A stretch of DNA of 63,173 bases, filler included, from Atractiella rhizophila (lineage: Eukaryota), in NCBI GenBank assembly GCA_021432655.1. It is 9 parts of 9 records of this genome, joined end to end, with 100 filler letters (N's around TTAATTAATTAA, not from the genome) between each part and the next. Parts side by side here need not be neighbours in the genome. Positions count along the whole stretch, not along the records: positions 8,202 to 16,297 come from MU272172.1; positions 16,398 to 24,482 come from MU272173.1; 7 more parts are not named here. One strand, 5' to 3'. The position numbers and the translations under genes were made by a program. Position 1 is the stretch's first letter. Each line of letters begins with the position of its first letter. Below are positions 12,354 to 23,488 of the stretch, piece by piece. The notes under the pieces are model-generated. The model searched no databases, was not told where the DNA came from, and saw nothing but the letters and a program-made list of their open reading frames with translations.

Positions 12354-14244
12354 GATGACCTTCTATCACCGTTTAACGGTCTCACAGGTCAATTTCTGCA
12401 CGTCCGTCTCTTGAGAGAGAAGTCGAAAGAGATCGACAGGACGACCCTCTGGACCCTTTTATATCTCATCATGAATCATCGGGTCCCTCTGTAAGAGGCC
12501 GTCCAACGTTCCGGACAGAACAATGGCGGCTCTGCTAAACGCAGTCTAAGACCACCTTGGCAGGACTCAACACACAACAACAAGAGCGAAAGCGCAGTCT
12601 GTTCGTTCAGCCTGTCCAGCACGACAACACCCACAAAGGGACTAAAGAATTAGCTCCCTCGCTGAGGACGTGAGAGAACATAGGAGCAGAGCCGCAACGG
12701 CATGTGGATGTGGACAAGAGGCCGAATCGGTGCTAGCACCTACCGAGGAATTTCGAAATGGAATCCAGCTAGAATGTCGGCGTTGATCGATTGATTAATC
12801 TGAGCCTGCAAAGTTGCTATGATGCCCAAGTTCAACAGCGTTCGATATTCAATGCCAATGAAAGAGTCAAGTCCCGAAGAGCGAAATCGAGAACGGGAGA
12901 CAAGGACAATCGGGATAAAACTGAGGCAACCAGAACACTATGGAGAGGTTTCCCTGTTCTGGGAAATGGTGTTGCTTCACCCTCGCTCTACCTGCGCTCT
13001 TTTCATGAGCTCATAACTCACACGCTCTTCTAGATGTTCACAATAATCGTTGAAACTCGTCTGACAGGAGTGTGGCACGTGACATTGAGGAACGCCGGGA
13101 GGGCATGAGTTCCCGGGTTTAATTGTCTTCAGAAACTCGCTTGTGTGTTGTTGTACTTTATCCATGAAAAAGCGACGAAATACTTCTTTCTCCAGTCACG
13201 GATTATTGTTGCGTCCTTTGGTGCAGAGAAGGGTGTGCTAATTAAGCAGACATCTTTGCTTCTGAAAGGAAGGCAGATCAATGGGTTTACCTGTCTATCT
13301 GATATGTGCTGATATGCTTCGGAATCTCAACTTCACGTTAAGTTGCTAACAGGTACGTGAAAACCTTGGAGCCAAGGGTTCCTTTGTTGCAGGCAATTGT
13401 TGCACTCTTTCTAGTCAGTTTCAAGGAATCCAAGTTCTACATGAGTCCTTGTTATGAACACCTATCCATGTTAATTGGACATCCGCGCCATCATTACATG
13501 CCACCACCTGGCAGGCGGGTGGTACACTTGTGCGCAACAGAATACTGCTCTACCCTTAGAGGACGAATGTTCGATTGAATCGTTGTGCCAAAATCACAGC
13601 TTTGGATACTAGTATACTATTATGTGGAGTCGGAGTTGGACATACAGAGAAGGCACACCTGAAGTCGTTTTCCCTATTTCGTCTTGTCTTGATGGCCCGT
13701 CTTCACAAACAGGGTTCACACTGGCACGTCAGAATCCGCGCTGTCATGGCTGACCTTCGCCGGCAGACATTGACAGCAGCTCAAGCTCAAGGGTTGAGTG
13801 GCTCGAAACATTTAGGGAGTCACTGTGGGGTCAATCACCCCCACTCAGAGGCATCATCATTGACCTAATGACGATAGTACTGGTGTCTGTCGCAGCATCA
13901 TGACCGCGAGGATGACTCTGACTAGGAATCGCAAGCGTAATTCCAAGGTCTTACGAATGCCAGGATTCCTTGACGGCTTGGTGTTCTCGTTGGTAGGTAC
14001 CACAACTACAAAATCGCTGTCATCAAGACTCTCTTCAGTGTGTCGAGGATAGAATATGAATTAGAATGTTAAAACGTATCACTGTGGCGCCACTTCCATA
14101 CCTGGATACCATACCATCTCATTCCAGATCAATTTTCCTGTTCGCTTTAGCGTTCTCTGGCCACGGCCTCCCAATGTTGCCTTCGCTCCCCCAAATCTGC
14201 TAACCTTTCGGTTTCTTTGACATATGCCTTCCTCTGTCGCGAAG

Positions 14245-14787
14245 TCACATTTGGAGGGTATCTAATGCAGTAGTAGTCAAAAGATGTAACGCCCGTTTTG
14301 GAGTGTCATACCCGTACCGCTCAACACGCTCGTACCAGTGCTTATCAAAGCCGACGCACTTCAGCATAACCAATGGCATCGTGAGAAGGCCTTTCGCGAA
14401 ACCGTCTCGTTCCACCGACTCAAGCTTGGAAGAATCGATGAATCCGTCGCACCAACCTTGATTTTCCAACTTCTCAGAGAGCTCCTTGTTCCGCTTCGAA
14501 ATTAGGGATTGGCCCCAGCCCTCGTAACCTGCTACGCGAGACCACAACTTCCGAACCTTCTCTCTGTGGATCAGACAATATCTGTAGAATCGTGAGAGAT
14601 CACTAACTGCGACTGGGAGATCGAGATAAGATGTTGCATTCACTTCTCCCCTCCCAATCACCTTGTACACTCCTGACCTCAATTTGAGCTTCGCCATAAG
14701 TGATAGGTAAGTGCATACCGCCATACCACCATTCACCTGGCCCATCCCGTTTGAAAAAGCAGTTGAGTTGTCTGACTTCTGTACCAT
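14245..14787 (-). CDS. Hypothetical protein fragment
   Basis: 180-aa ORF next to an internal N gap; no motif recognised. Confidence 0.25.
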   Translation of the reverse strand: MVQKSDNSTAFSNGMGQVNGGMAVCTYLSLMAKLKLRSGVYKVIGRGEVNATSYLDLPVAVSDLSRFYRYCLIHREKVRKLWSRVAGYEGWGQSLISKRNKELSEKLENQGWCDGFIDSSKLESVERDGFAKGLLTMPLVMLKCVGFDKHWYERVERYGYDTPKRALHLLTTTALDTLQM

Positions 14788-16397
14788 CGTCTAGCTGCTC
14801 CAGACGCTGCACTTCGCATTGTGGAATGTAAAGCAGCCCATGTTTTCCGGGTGCTANNNNNNNNNNNNNNNNNNNNNNNNNCCTCCGAATACCTGTACAT
14901 AGTGAGGTTGAAAGGTGTGCAAAGAACTGTAGACCAATATATCGAGAATCATTTAATGAGAGGAGGCAAAGGGCTAATGCATCTAAAGGTCAAAAGCGAC
15001 TCTGGACAATGATATTAGTATGGTCCATAATATAGTTCAAATCACATGATAGATGGTAGATAGATTATATCGTCAGTTCTTTGATCACTTCCTCCTTTGA
15101 ACAGTGAGATTGTACGCATGAAGTAGCTTAACTGCGAGGTACAGCTCTAGCAAGTTCAGACGAAGAACCACTCCAGTACAGCGCAAAGAAAATGCCCACT
15201 CAACTTTGTCGTCTAAAACGGTAAATCTTCCTCAGGAAAGGATGTACCATGGAAGTGATGGCTCCTGGGGCATATCATTTATAGGCGAAGGTATGAAGCC
15301 GACAATCAATGACAAATCCCATCAACAGAGCTAGACAGTTAATCGACACATCCCGTCCTCAAGCTTTGTCAGTGGAGAAATGCCGGAGCACTGGTATTTG
15401 TCTGCAATGTGAAGCTGAACTATTGAGGCCAGCTATTTGCATTTTTCAAAATCTAGGAGGCATTTGATTCTGGTGAAGGGCCGTTGACTATTAATGATGA
15501 TCGAATCTGGTCGACTAGAGACCAACAGTAGTTAAAGCCGCATTGCGCGATTAAACAAATTTGTCTTCTCTAGTCCGCAATATGAGTGTCACCCATTCTT
15601 GCCGAATGCAAATGGAACGAGCGGACATGAAGGTCCTACCCTTTCATCCAGCTCCTCTGCTTTCTTAGGAGAGAAGTGAGTAGCTCTGAATCCGGCCAGA
15701 ATACGTGCAAAACAGGGAACAACCAGTCTGCTTGTACAAAGACATGTTTCAGGGGAAAACCCCTTCCGATCGGGACGAAAAAGAAGAGTTCTGGATTGAG
15801 GTAAACTACGTGCTTTTGCTGTGACACCACGCCGCAGGCTCCGGCGTATTCTCATCTTATATCGCGCGCTTAAGAAAGTGGAGCCGACGATTGAATGCTC
15901 CTGAGAGTACTGCCTTCCATTCCTGGGAGATACAATGCTGAGTGAGGAGCACTCCAAACCCATTAGACACGCTTTTCCTTGGGCGCGGAGTGGTTTGGAC
16001 CACTATAGCAACCCGGCCCCAATGTCAGTTGGCACAGATCTCTCTCCTCCTCTCGCAGAAAGAAAAAGAATCTGCTGCAGAGAAAGGCAAGATAAAAGTG
16101 TGGCCACGCGATCAATGCGTTGTGCCATGTCACAATGTAATGAACACCATCAAAGTGAGGAGTCCTTCAGACTCTATCAGGAGAGTTGCACTTCCATGGC
16201 CCAGATAGCGGACCTCTTTCCACCTGCAAGAACTCTTGCCCACGCTTTCACACATAAGAAGGAACGCACCTTACAAATATCAGCATGACTAAACCTCNNN
16301 NNNNNNNNNNNNNNNNNNNNNNNNNNNNNNNNNNNNNNNNNTTAATTAATTAANNNNNNNNNNNNNNNNNNNNNNNNNNNNNNNNNNNNNNNNNNNN

Positions 16398-18033
16398 CAA
16401 ACAATACTACAAGACGGTGCTCGAGGATGATTTACGGGCCGAATTCCGTTTTGAAGAGGAGAAGAATCTGTGCATGATCACCGGTGTCATCAAATCACAG
16501 GATTGGCTTCATGCCGTGTTTCATCAGTCTGGGAGTAGCTTTGGTCTTAACGTAGGGGTTCAGCCTGCCGGCTTCCAGTTACGTCGTGATTACGGTAACA
16601 TCGGGGATCAAACATTGTTTATTAGCAGAATCACTTTCAAGGGTAGACTGATACATCGCTTGCTGAAAGCAGGCGGCTCGAGACCACCATCTCCATCGGA
16701 GAGACCTCCAGAGGAAGGCGTCGATGAAGTTTCTTGCGATGAGTCTACTGAAAGGCTGGTATGGGTCTCTTTTCGCTGCATTTAGTGCAACACTGATTTC
16801 TAGTAGTTTCCCGACCCGCTAGACGTTCTTCTTGAGGCCATGTTGACGGTGCTGACTTCTTTCCAACCAAGCGCATGCACTCATGACCTCCTACAGTTGC
16901 GTCCCGATGCTGAAGCTGCTATTGCTTCGGACAACGATTTGGGTGCTCTTTGTCAAAAGGTATGCAGCCATACAATGATATTCAGTTCTCGATGCGAGTA
17001 CCAGGCTCTCTGGAACTTCCAATATATAGAATGGACAACTCAGAAAGCGATTGAGCTGCTTCAAACTTGTGCTGAGTGCATCGAAGAGCAAGAGCAAGGT
17101 AAGTGCCACCTCGCCCAATTTGAAGGTAATTCTGATGTGCCTTTGTAGTCATGACCCTGAACTTCTCCAACGACTTAGCAGATGTCACAATGGATATATC
17201 ACTAGGGGAAGACTCTCAATACCTACAACCTTCCAATCATGGTATCCCATTCGTCAATTCTCCAGCCTTCAACGAATCGCTCCGGTTTCCATCCTTCTTG
17301 GATGACGATGCTATCGACACTGAGAGCAACTCTTCCTACCGTGAGGTGCAGCATGAGGAAGACAGTAAAATTCGCCCATGCAGGAAACGGAAGACAAATT
17401 GCGGAGCTCACGGTCGTCCCCCCTCGATTGTCCACCCTGTGGGAACGCATGAACGAAAGGGACTGAGGGAAGGAGAGCTGAACGGCTCCCATGCAACAAC
17501 GTTCGACCTCGTTACATGGCCCAAACCTGGAAACAATGCTGAACCAAGAACCCTATTCTTCTTCGAAGGAGTTGACGGCCCTGTGTGCCATGACTATTTT
17601 CAGCTAAAGGCGTAAGTTTTCGGGTTCCATCAGACAATAAGACTGACTGTGACACACAGCAAAGGTAACATCCTGGAAGCATCGGTATTCTTCGATACGA
17701 GAACGTATAATGTCGTACACAACTCTGATGGAAAGGAGATTCTGCCCTCGTTAAAGTCGAAACCCCACATCTGGCTGCAAGGTACTGCTCTCATAAGCTG
17801 TCTCTGATGAAGGGTAATGTTGAGAACAGCCCAAAAATGTGCATCCCCTTGCAGCTGGAGATTCAAAGGAAAGCAGGATTCTGAAAGTACGCATTTAATG
17901 TCTACCTCGAGCGAAAGCGAAACTAAGCCATCGAGCAGTTTTTGATCACGTCTTGACTTGCAAGTTCAGAAACACTAACGACCCACTGAATAAATTGTGT
18001 ACGGTATGGAAGGCACAAAGGATCAGAAGTTGA
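16398..18033 (+). CDS. Gasdermin-like protein A (5' truncated) with C-terminal Cys/His module; frameshift near 3' end
   Basis: QYYKTVLEDD..NLCMITGVIKSQDWLHAVF..DQTLFISRITFKGRL..DPLDVLLEAML..AEAAIASDND is closely paralogous to 20649-23488. The C-terminal exons (RTLFFFEG..KEILPS..WLQ..CASPCSWRF..HVLTCKFR) match the repeats at 18440-20129. Confidence 0.6.
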
Positions 18034-18439
18034 ACATGGAATGGGCTAATGAAATTGTTTTCGCGATTGTATTCTACCACATCTGCAATCACTATTGGAG
18101 TAGGTCCTAAAGGCAGGATGCTTGATTATCTGCATTGAAACTGTGAAGTGAAATCGAAGACGTTAACTTGAGGCTTGATGGTGATCTCACTCGTGCATCT
18201 CCTGTTTGTGTGTCTTCCGGTCCCACAACAAACTGTTGGCTGATCAAGATGCAATAAGAGGACAGAGCTCCTAGTAACACATCAGCACGATCTGACCAAC
18301 GTAACCCGGAAAACGTCAATTCCCCTTCATGCACTATTCAAAAGTGCTAGATCTCAAGTTTTCCTACAGGATACCTTCAGACAGTGCTGACTATGGGCTA
18401 CAACGAAGGCGCTGTTCACACGGTCCAAACTGTCCGTAC

Positions 18440-19064
18440 TCTTGATGGGTTTCCTTTTTTACATATAACCCGCACGAGATACTCGAGAAAGAATTCGCTC
18501 TCCCTGCCTTCGACGTCAGCAAATTTTCTGCATCCGCTGCTTCCAAGCTTCAATGGTCATGAACGTAATGGGAAGAAACTTTTACTTCTTTCAGGAACTT
18601 GGGTCCCCAGCGAGTGATGAATATTTTCTCCTACATAGGTGAGTTTGGATCCCATTACCTCATGCTTTGCGCTGAATGAGACATAGTAAGGGTCAAATCC
18701 AGGAAAACTTCGTGTATTTCCAACCTGGAACGTATCACGTCGTTCTCGACTCCAGCGGCAAGGAGATTCTGCCGTCACCGGAGTTCGCAACCGCCAACCA
18801 CAAGCTGTGGTTGCAAGGTACTGTTCTAACACACTGTCTGACCGAGGACTAACGTTGCGACCAGGTCAACAATGTCCATCCCCTTGCACTTGGATATTCA
18901 AAGGAAAGCAGGCTCATGAAAGTACGTATTTGACGTCTACCTCGAGGGAAACTCAGCCACCGAGCACAGTTATTCTGCACGTCTCGACTTGTAAGTTCAG
19001 AAATTACAGTGATCCCTTGAAGAAATTGTGTACCCTATGGAGGGCCAAGAGATCCAGAAATTGA
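18440..19064 (+). pseudogene. Stand-alone copy 2 of the Cys/His module
   Basis: RNFYFFQELGSPASDEYFLL|..GKEILPS..LWLQ|GQQCPSPCTWIF..HVSTCKFRNYSDPLKKLCTLW, with the same intron positions as in gene A and an in-frame TAA upstream near 18466. Confidence 0.55.
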
Positions 19065-19429
19065 ATCCAATTGGGTCTGTTGTTCTTGATACATTGTAAT
19101 GCAATCACATTTTGTATGGAATCGGCACAGTTCAGACTACGCCCTTCTTAGCGGGGAGGGTAGCTCCGGTACGTCCCAAACACGATTTCATCTGTCGCCG
19201 AGAAATTGAACGTCTCGACTTCGAAGTTGTGTAGTGAAAGCCTAAGACTTCGTGCTCTGTGATCTCCTGTTGACCAGCCTGCCTTCTGTTCGTGCCCCGT
19301 GGCTGACTAAGATGTACTATTTCTCTCAGATGGACAGAACCACTTGATGGCAACGTCAACGTTCGCATCAGCATCTCGCCAACACCTTCAAACAGCAAGG
19401 CGACAGAAAGTTGTTGGTGCCGTTCATTC

Positions 19430-20129
19430 ATGCGCAAGTCTTATTGGAGACTTTGCTTAGACGACGAGATACGTTTAGAGGACTCTTTCGCGCCGAGGCC
19501 ATCCAAACTCTCCATCTTGGATGCGTTTCTCTTCTGCATATATAGCGCACGAGATGCCGGAGAGGAAATTCGCGTTCCCTGTCTTCCAGGTCTGCGCTTT
19601 GCATCGCTACCTCGGAGCTTCGAAACTGCAACCCTCATGAATAGGAACGCAAGAAACTTTTACTTCTTCAAGGAACTTGACTTCCCCGCGAGCGATGAGT
19701 ATTTCCTCCTAAAAGCGTAAGTTTTTGTGCCATTACCGTATGCTCTAAGCTAACTGAGACAGGAGGGGTCTCACATTGGAAGATGCCGTGTTGTTCCCTC
19801 CTGGAACTTATAAAATTGTTCTGGACTCCAACGGGAAGGAGATTCTGCCTTCGATAGATTCCACTCCCAAACTATGGCTGCAATGTACTGTCCGGATGAC
19901 CTGTCTCTGAGAGGGACTAATAATCTGAGTAGGTCAGGAATGCCCATCCCCCTGCTCTTGGAGATTTGGCGGAAAGAATCCTGACGAAAGTACGCGTTTA
20001 ACTTCCTTCTCGAGCCAAACTCAGCCATGGAACACAGTTTTCCGTCATGTATCCACTTGTCAATTCAGAAGTCCCCAGGATCCCTTGAGGAAGTTGTGTC
20101 TACTATGGAAGGGAAGAAGATCCAGGTGA
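19430..20129 (+). pseudogene. Stand-alone copy 3 of the Cys/His module
   Basis: RNFYFFKELDFPASDEYFLLKA|..GKEILPS..LWLQ|..QECPSPCSWRF..HVSTCQFRSPQDPLRKLCLLW, with a 1-nt frameshift near 19798 relative to the other two copies. Confidence 0.55.
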
Positions 20130-20648
20130 ACATGCACAATAGGTTTACTATTCACAAAGGCTTGAATCATGATGCTTCTGAGGGTTTGGCTACTGAATTA
20201 GCGAAGCTGACAGCAGAGGATGCTTAGTGACCGGAACGCCTACTAAATAAGAGTTGCTGGAGTAAGTAAAAATGACATTATTACCTACTTGATTTCTTTG
20301 AGTCAACGCGAGAGCCCAAGAAAGCTCACATCAAGTGGGCGGAAAAGTCGCACAGATGGACCGAGCTTGAGAGTGGGAGCAGAGTCGCAGCCGCAATCGC
20401 TCCCCTTCATCGAGGAAGGAATGCGTTCGCTTCCCTTCACGACTGGGATTTGCGAGTGCTCAATGTGAAGTTTTCCTGCGGGATTCGTTCAGACGATGTT
20501 GTGTACGGGGGTGGCACCTCGTTCACACTGTCCGTCTGGGATGTATTTTGCTCTTTGCATATAATCCTCACCAGATGTCTGGGAGTGAATTCTTGTCCCT
20601 ACCTTCCAGGTTTTCAAACTTCAGTCTGAACCCGCAACTTGAACTATC

Positions 20649-23488
20649 ATGTCTTACGAACCTCATTACATCTATGAAACACTTATGTATGACTCTTTGC
20701 TCCACTGGCCCATTTACAACCCGTCGTACACCGAAGCTGATCCAGTCGCGCTACCACCAAGAAACGGGAGTCCCCCAATCTCCACACCAGAGACTGGGAC
20801 GTCTGGGACGCCCTCGAGCACGACTGTCCGTCCCTTCTCTACCCAAGAAAGAAACCAAAGTGATCCTTCAAATTCAATTGATTCAAGAGATCCATCTATC
20901 AGTGTGGAGGATTCAGGTACTGTGACTCCTCATACCTCTTCTCCAGTCTTATTGAAGTCATTCTTCCGCCGTCGCTTTCCACACGGTACAGGTGTTGCCA
21001 GTCCCGCCGTTCAACCGTCTTTTGGTAGTCGCTTAGCTAGTAGTCTCTTTGGCCGTTGGCTCCCAGGTACTCCTCCGTCGCCTGCCCCACCTCCTCGGAC
21101 TTCAGGCAGAAGCCAGGGCCGAGGTGGTGAATGGCGCATTGGAGATTTCGGATACTGCGCCAACGGCACGTTTAGATATTCGCGAAACGCAGATGACTTC
21201 TTAGGCCCAGAGGACGCTCCCCTCAGCTACTCCTTAGATGGTGTCGCTTGGGGCTACCAGACGCCACTCCAGAGAGGTGAATTTGAGTCTGTCAGGGACG
21301 TCAGGGTCGGGATCGATACTACTCCTACGGTGTGCGTTGCCCCTCCCCGTGCTTGTAGCGTTATTAAAAAGATGTTGCATGCAGCAGTATTGACCCCTTC
21401 CCTACTCTTGCGCTCCAATACTACAATCGGTCCCAGCATGCCGCCGTATTGGCCACCAAATCGAACCCCCTTCGTTTCGCCGTCACGCATCAGCTGCTTG
21501 CGGTTCAATACTTCAAGCAATACTACAAGACCGTGCTCGAAGACGATTTAAGCGCCGGATTCTCTTTTGGACAGAACAAAAATCTGTGCATGATTATTGG
21601 GGTCGTCAAATCGCATGATTGGCTTCATGCAGTGTTTCATCAGTCAGGCAGTAGCTTTCGTCTCAACATGGGGGTTCAAGCTGCCGGCTTCCAGTTAAAT
21701 CGTGATTATGATTATGGCGATATCTCAAGGCCCTCCGTCCGAACTGGACCCACCAACCACCAACCACGTTCGTTTACAGTACATAGCTCAATAAGCATAG
21801 TCTTACCATGTCGCAGGAAATGGAATCTTCTCGGCCCACAATAACGTCGACGTCGGGGATCAAACATTGTTTATTAGCAGAATCATGTTCAAGGGTAGAC
21901 TGATGCCTCGCTTGCTAGTGGCCGGCGGCTTCAAACCACCCTCGCCATCCCAGGGACATCCAGATAAAAAAATAGATGAAATTCGCTGCGATCAATCAAG
22001 TGAACAGCCCGTGCGTGCTTCTTTCGTTCAATCCCGGTGATAGCACCACTAATCCCTCGGTAGGCTACGGACCCTCTTGATGTTCTTCTTGAGGCGATGT
22101 TGATGGTCTGCAATTTTTTTTTGGAGAGATTGCCTCAATTCATAAACTCAACAGTTACGTCCCGATGTTGGAGCCGCTATTGCCTCGGACAACGACGTGG
22201 ATTCTCTTTGTCAAAAGGTATGCTGCGTGCACAATGTTATGACGGCGATTGATGCGAGTGTTAGGCTCTCTGGACCTTCAAATATGCAGAATGGACAACT
22301 CAAAAAGCGATGGAGTTGCTTCAAACATGTGTTGCGTGCATCGAAGAGGAAGACAAAGGTGTCTCATTCCATTCCACATCCGTGGAGAAGGTTGAAACCA
22401 TTGGTTCTTTGTAGTGCTAACCTTGAACTTCCCCATCAAATCACCAAACAGAGAAGAATTGTTGGAAGAGGACTCGGAACAGCAAAAGGTTCTGTCTGAC
22501 TCCGCCGTGCACAATTTAAAATCAGTCCACCAATCAGGCAGGCCAGAGTTGAGGTGGAATTTCTCCTCTATTCTGTGGAAAGCACAAAGTTTGATTGGTT
22601 TGGTGCATAGACCCAAGATCCCTTACAATGTCCCTGGGTATACCAATCACAACAATCATAACCGAGGGTGGCATCAGCATGGTGAGGATGCTCAGGCTTC
22701 TTTGCACAGAATCAAGAAAGTGATACCCGTCAACAGGATCTGGAATACCTGCAGAGGAGCGCTTACGGCAATTAAGCGAACTCATCGGATATCCTTTCGA
22801 TCGACAGAACTACCACCTGTGGATCACCGCAATTACAAATGCAAGTTATATTGGAAGACCTGAAGGCTCAAACGGAGGGCTTGCACGGTACGATGATTGC
22901 ATGAGTCAGAGGCTAACTGCTAACTCAAATCGCCTACAGTCTGGGAGATTTGGCAATGAAAACGGTTCAGACCGCGGTTTGCCCTGAACCTACACCCATT
23001 GCAACCCTCATTTTTTGTAGGTCCTTCACCGGGTCGGCCTGGGAGACGACGGAAGTGAGTATTTCAACATGTGCCTTGTCTTTTGTGATGAGCTCGATCT
23101 TCAGAGCGACACAACGAAACGATCCAGAGCCGCCTGAGCCAATTTCCCCTGGAGTTAATATGCAGGAAGTACAGGCTCCAGGAACTTGTTTATCATCGGC
23201 TGTCAGGGTTTCCAGGAAGGCATTGTGCAGATTTGGTCCGGGCTATCATCGGGGCTGTGTACCTCGACGTTCAGTTCCCCCTGATTCAAGTAAGAATGCT
23301 AAAGGGAGAGATAGTGTGTTGCTCATGGCTGCAACCCTATGGAAATGGTCGAAATGGTCATGAATAATCTGGATCTTCTTTGTGATCCCTCTCCACCACT
23401 GCAAGAGCAAGCAGCCAGTTACTACCAGCCAAGTAGCCACCTGAGTTACTGCGATGACTACCAACCGAGCAGCAGCCGAGGCTACTAG
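20649..23488 (+). CDS. Gasdermin-like protein B fused to a degenerate RNase III-like domain (multi-exon)
   Basis: N-terminal motifs WPIYNPS, RIGDFGY..GTF, AAVL..YFKQYY, LCMIIGVVKSHDW..AVF, DQTLFISRIMFKGR and DPLDVLLEAML..AAIASDND resemble the basidiomycete gasdermin-like family. C-terminal LSELIGYPF..AITNASY..NGGLARLGDLAMK..CADLVRAIIGAVYLD..VEMVMNNL follows the RNase III pattern. The frame is continuous through GT-AG introns. Confidence 0.65.

Noticed and set aside
3460..23488. KEX2 as the activating protease of the gasdermin-like genes, or linked to the KR-containing mucin
   Set aside because: These genes are on different scaffolds separated by linkers, and KEX2 is a housekeeping Golgi protease.
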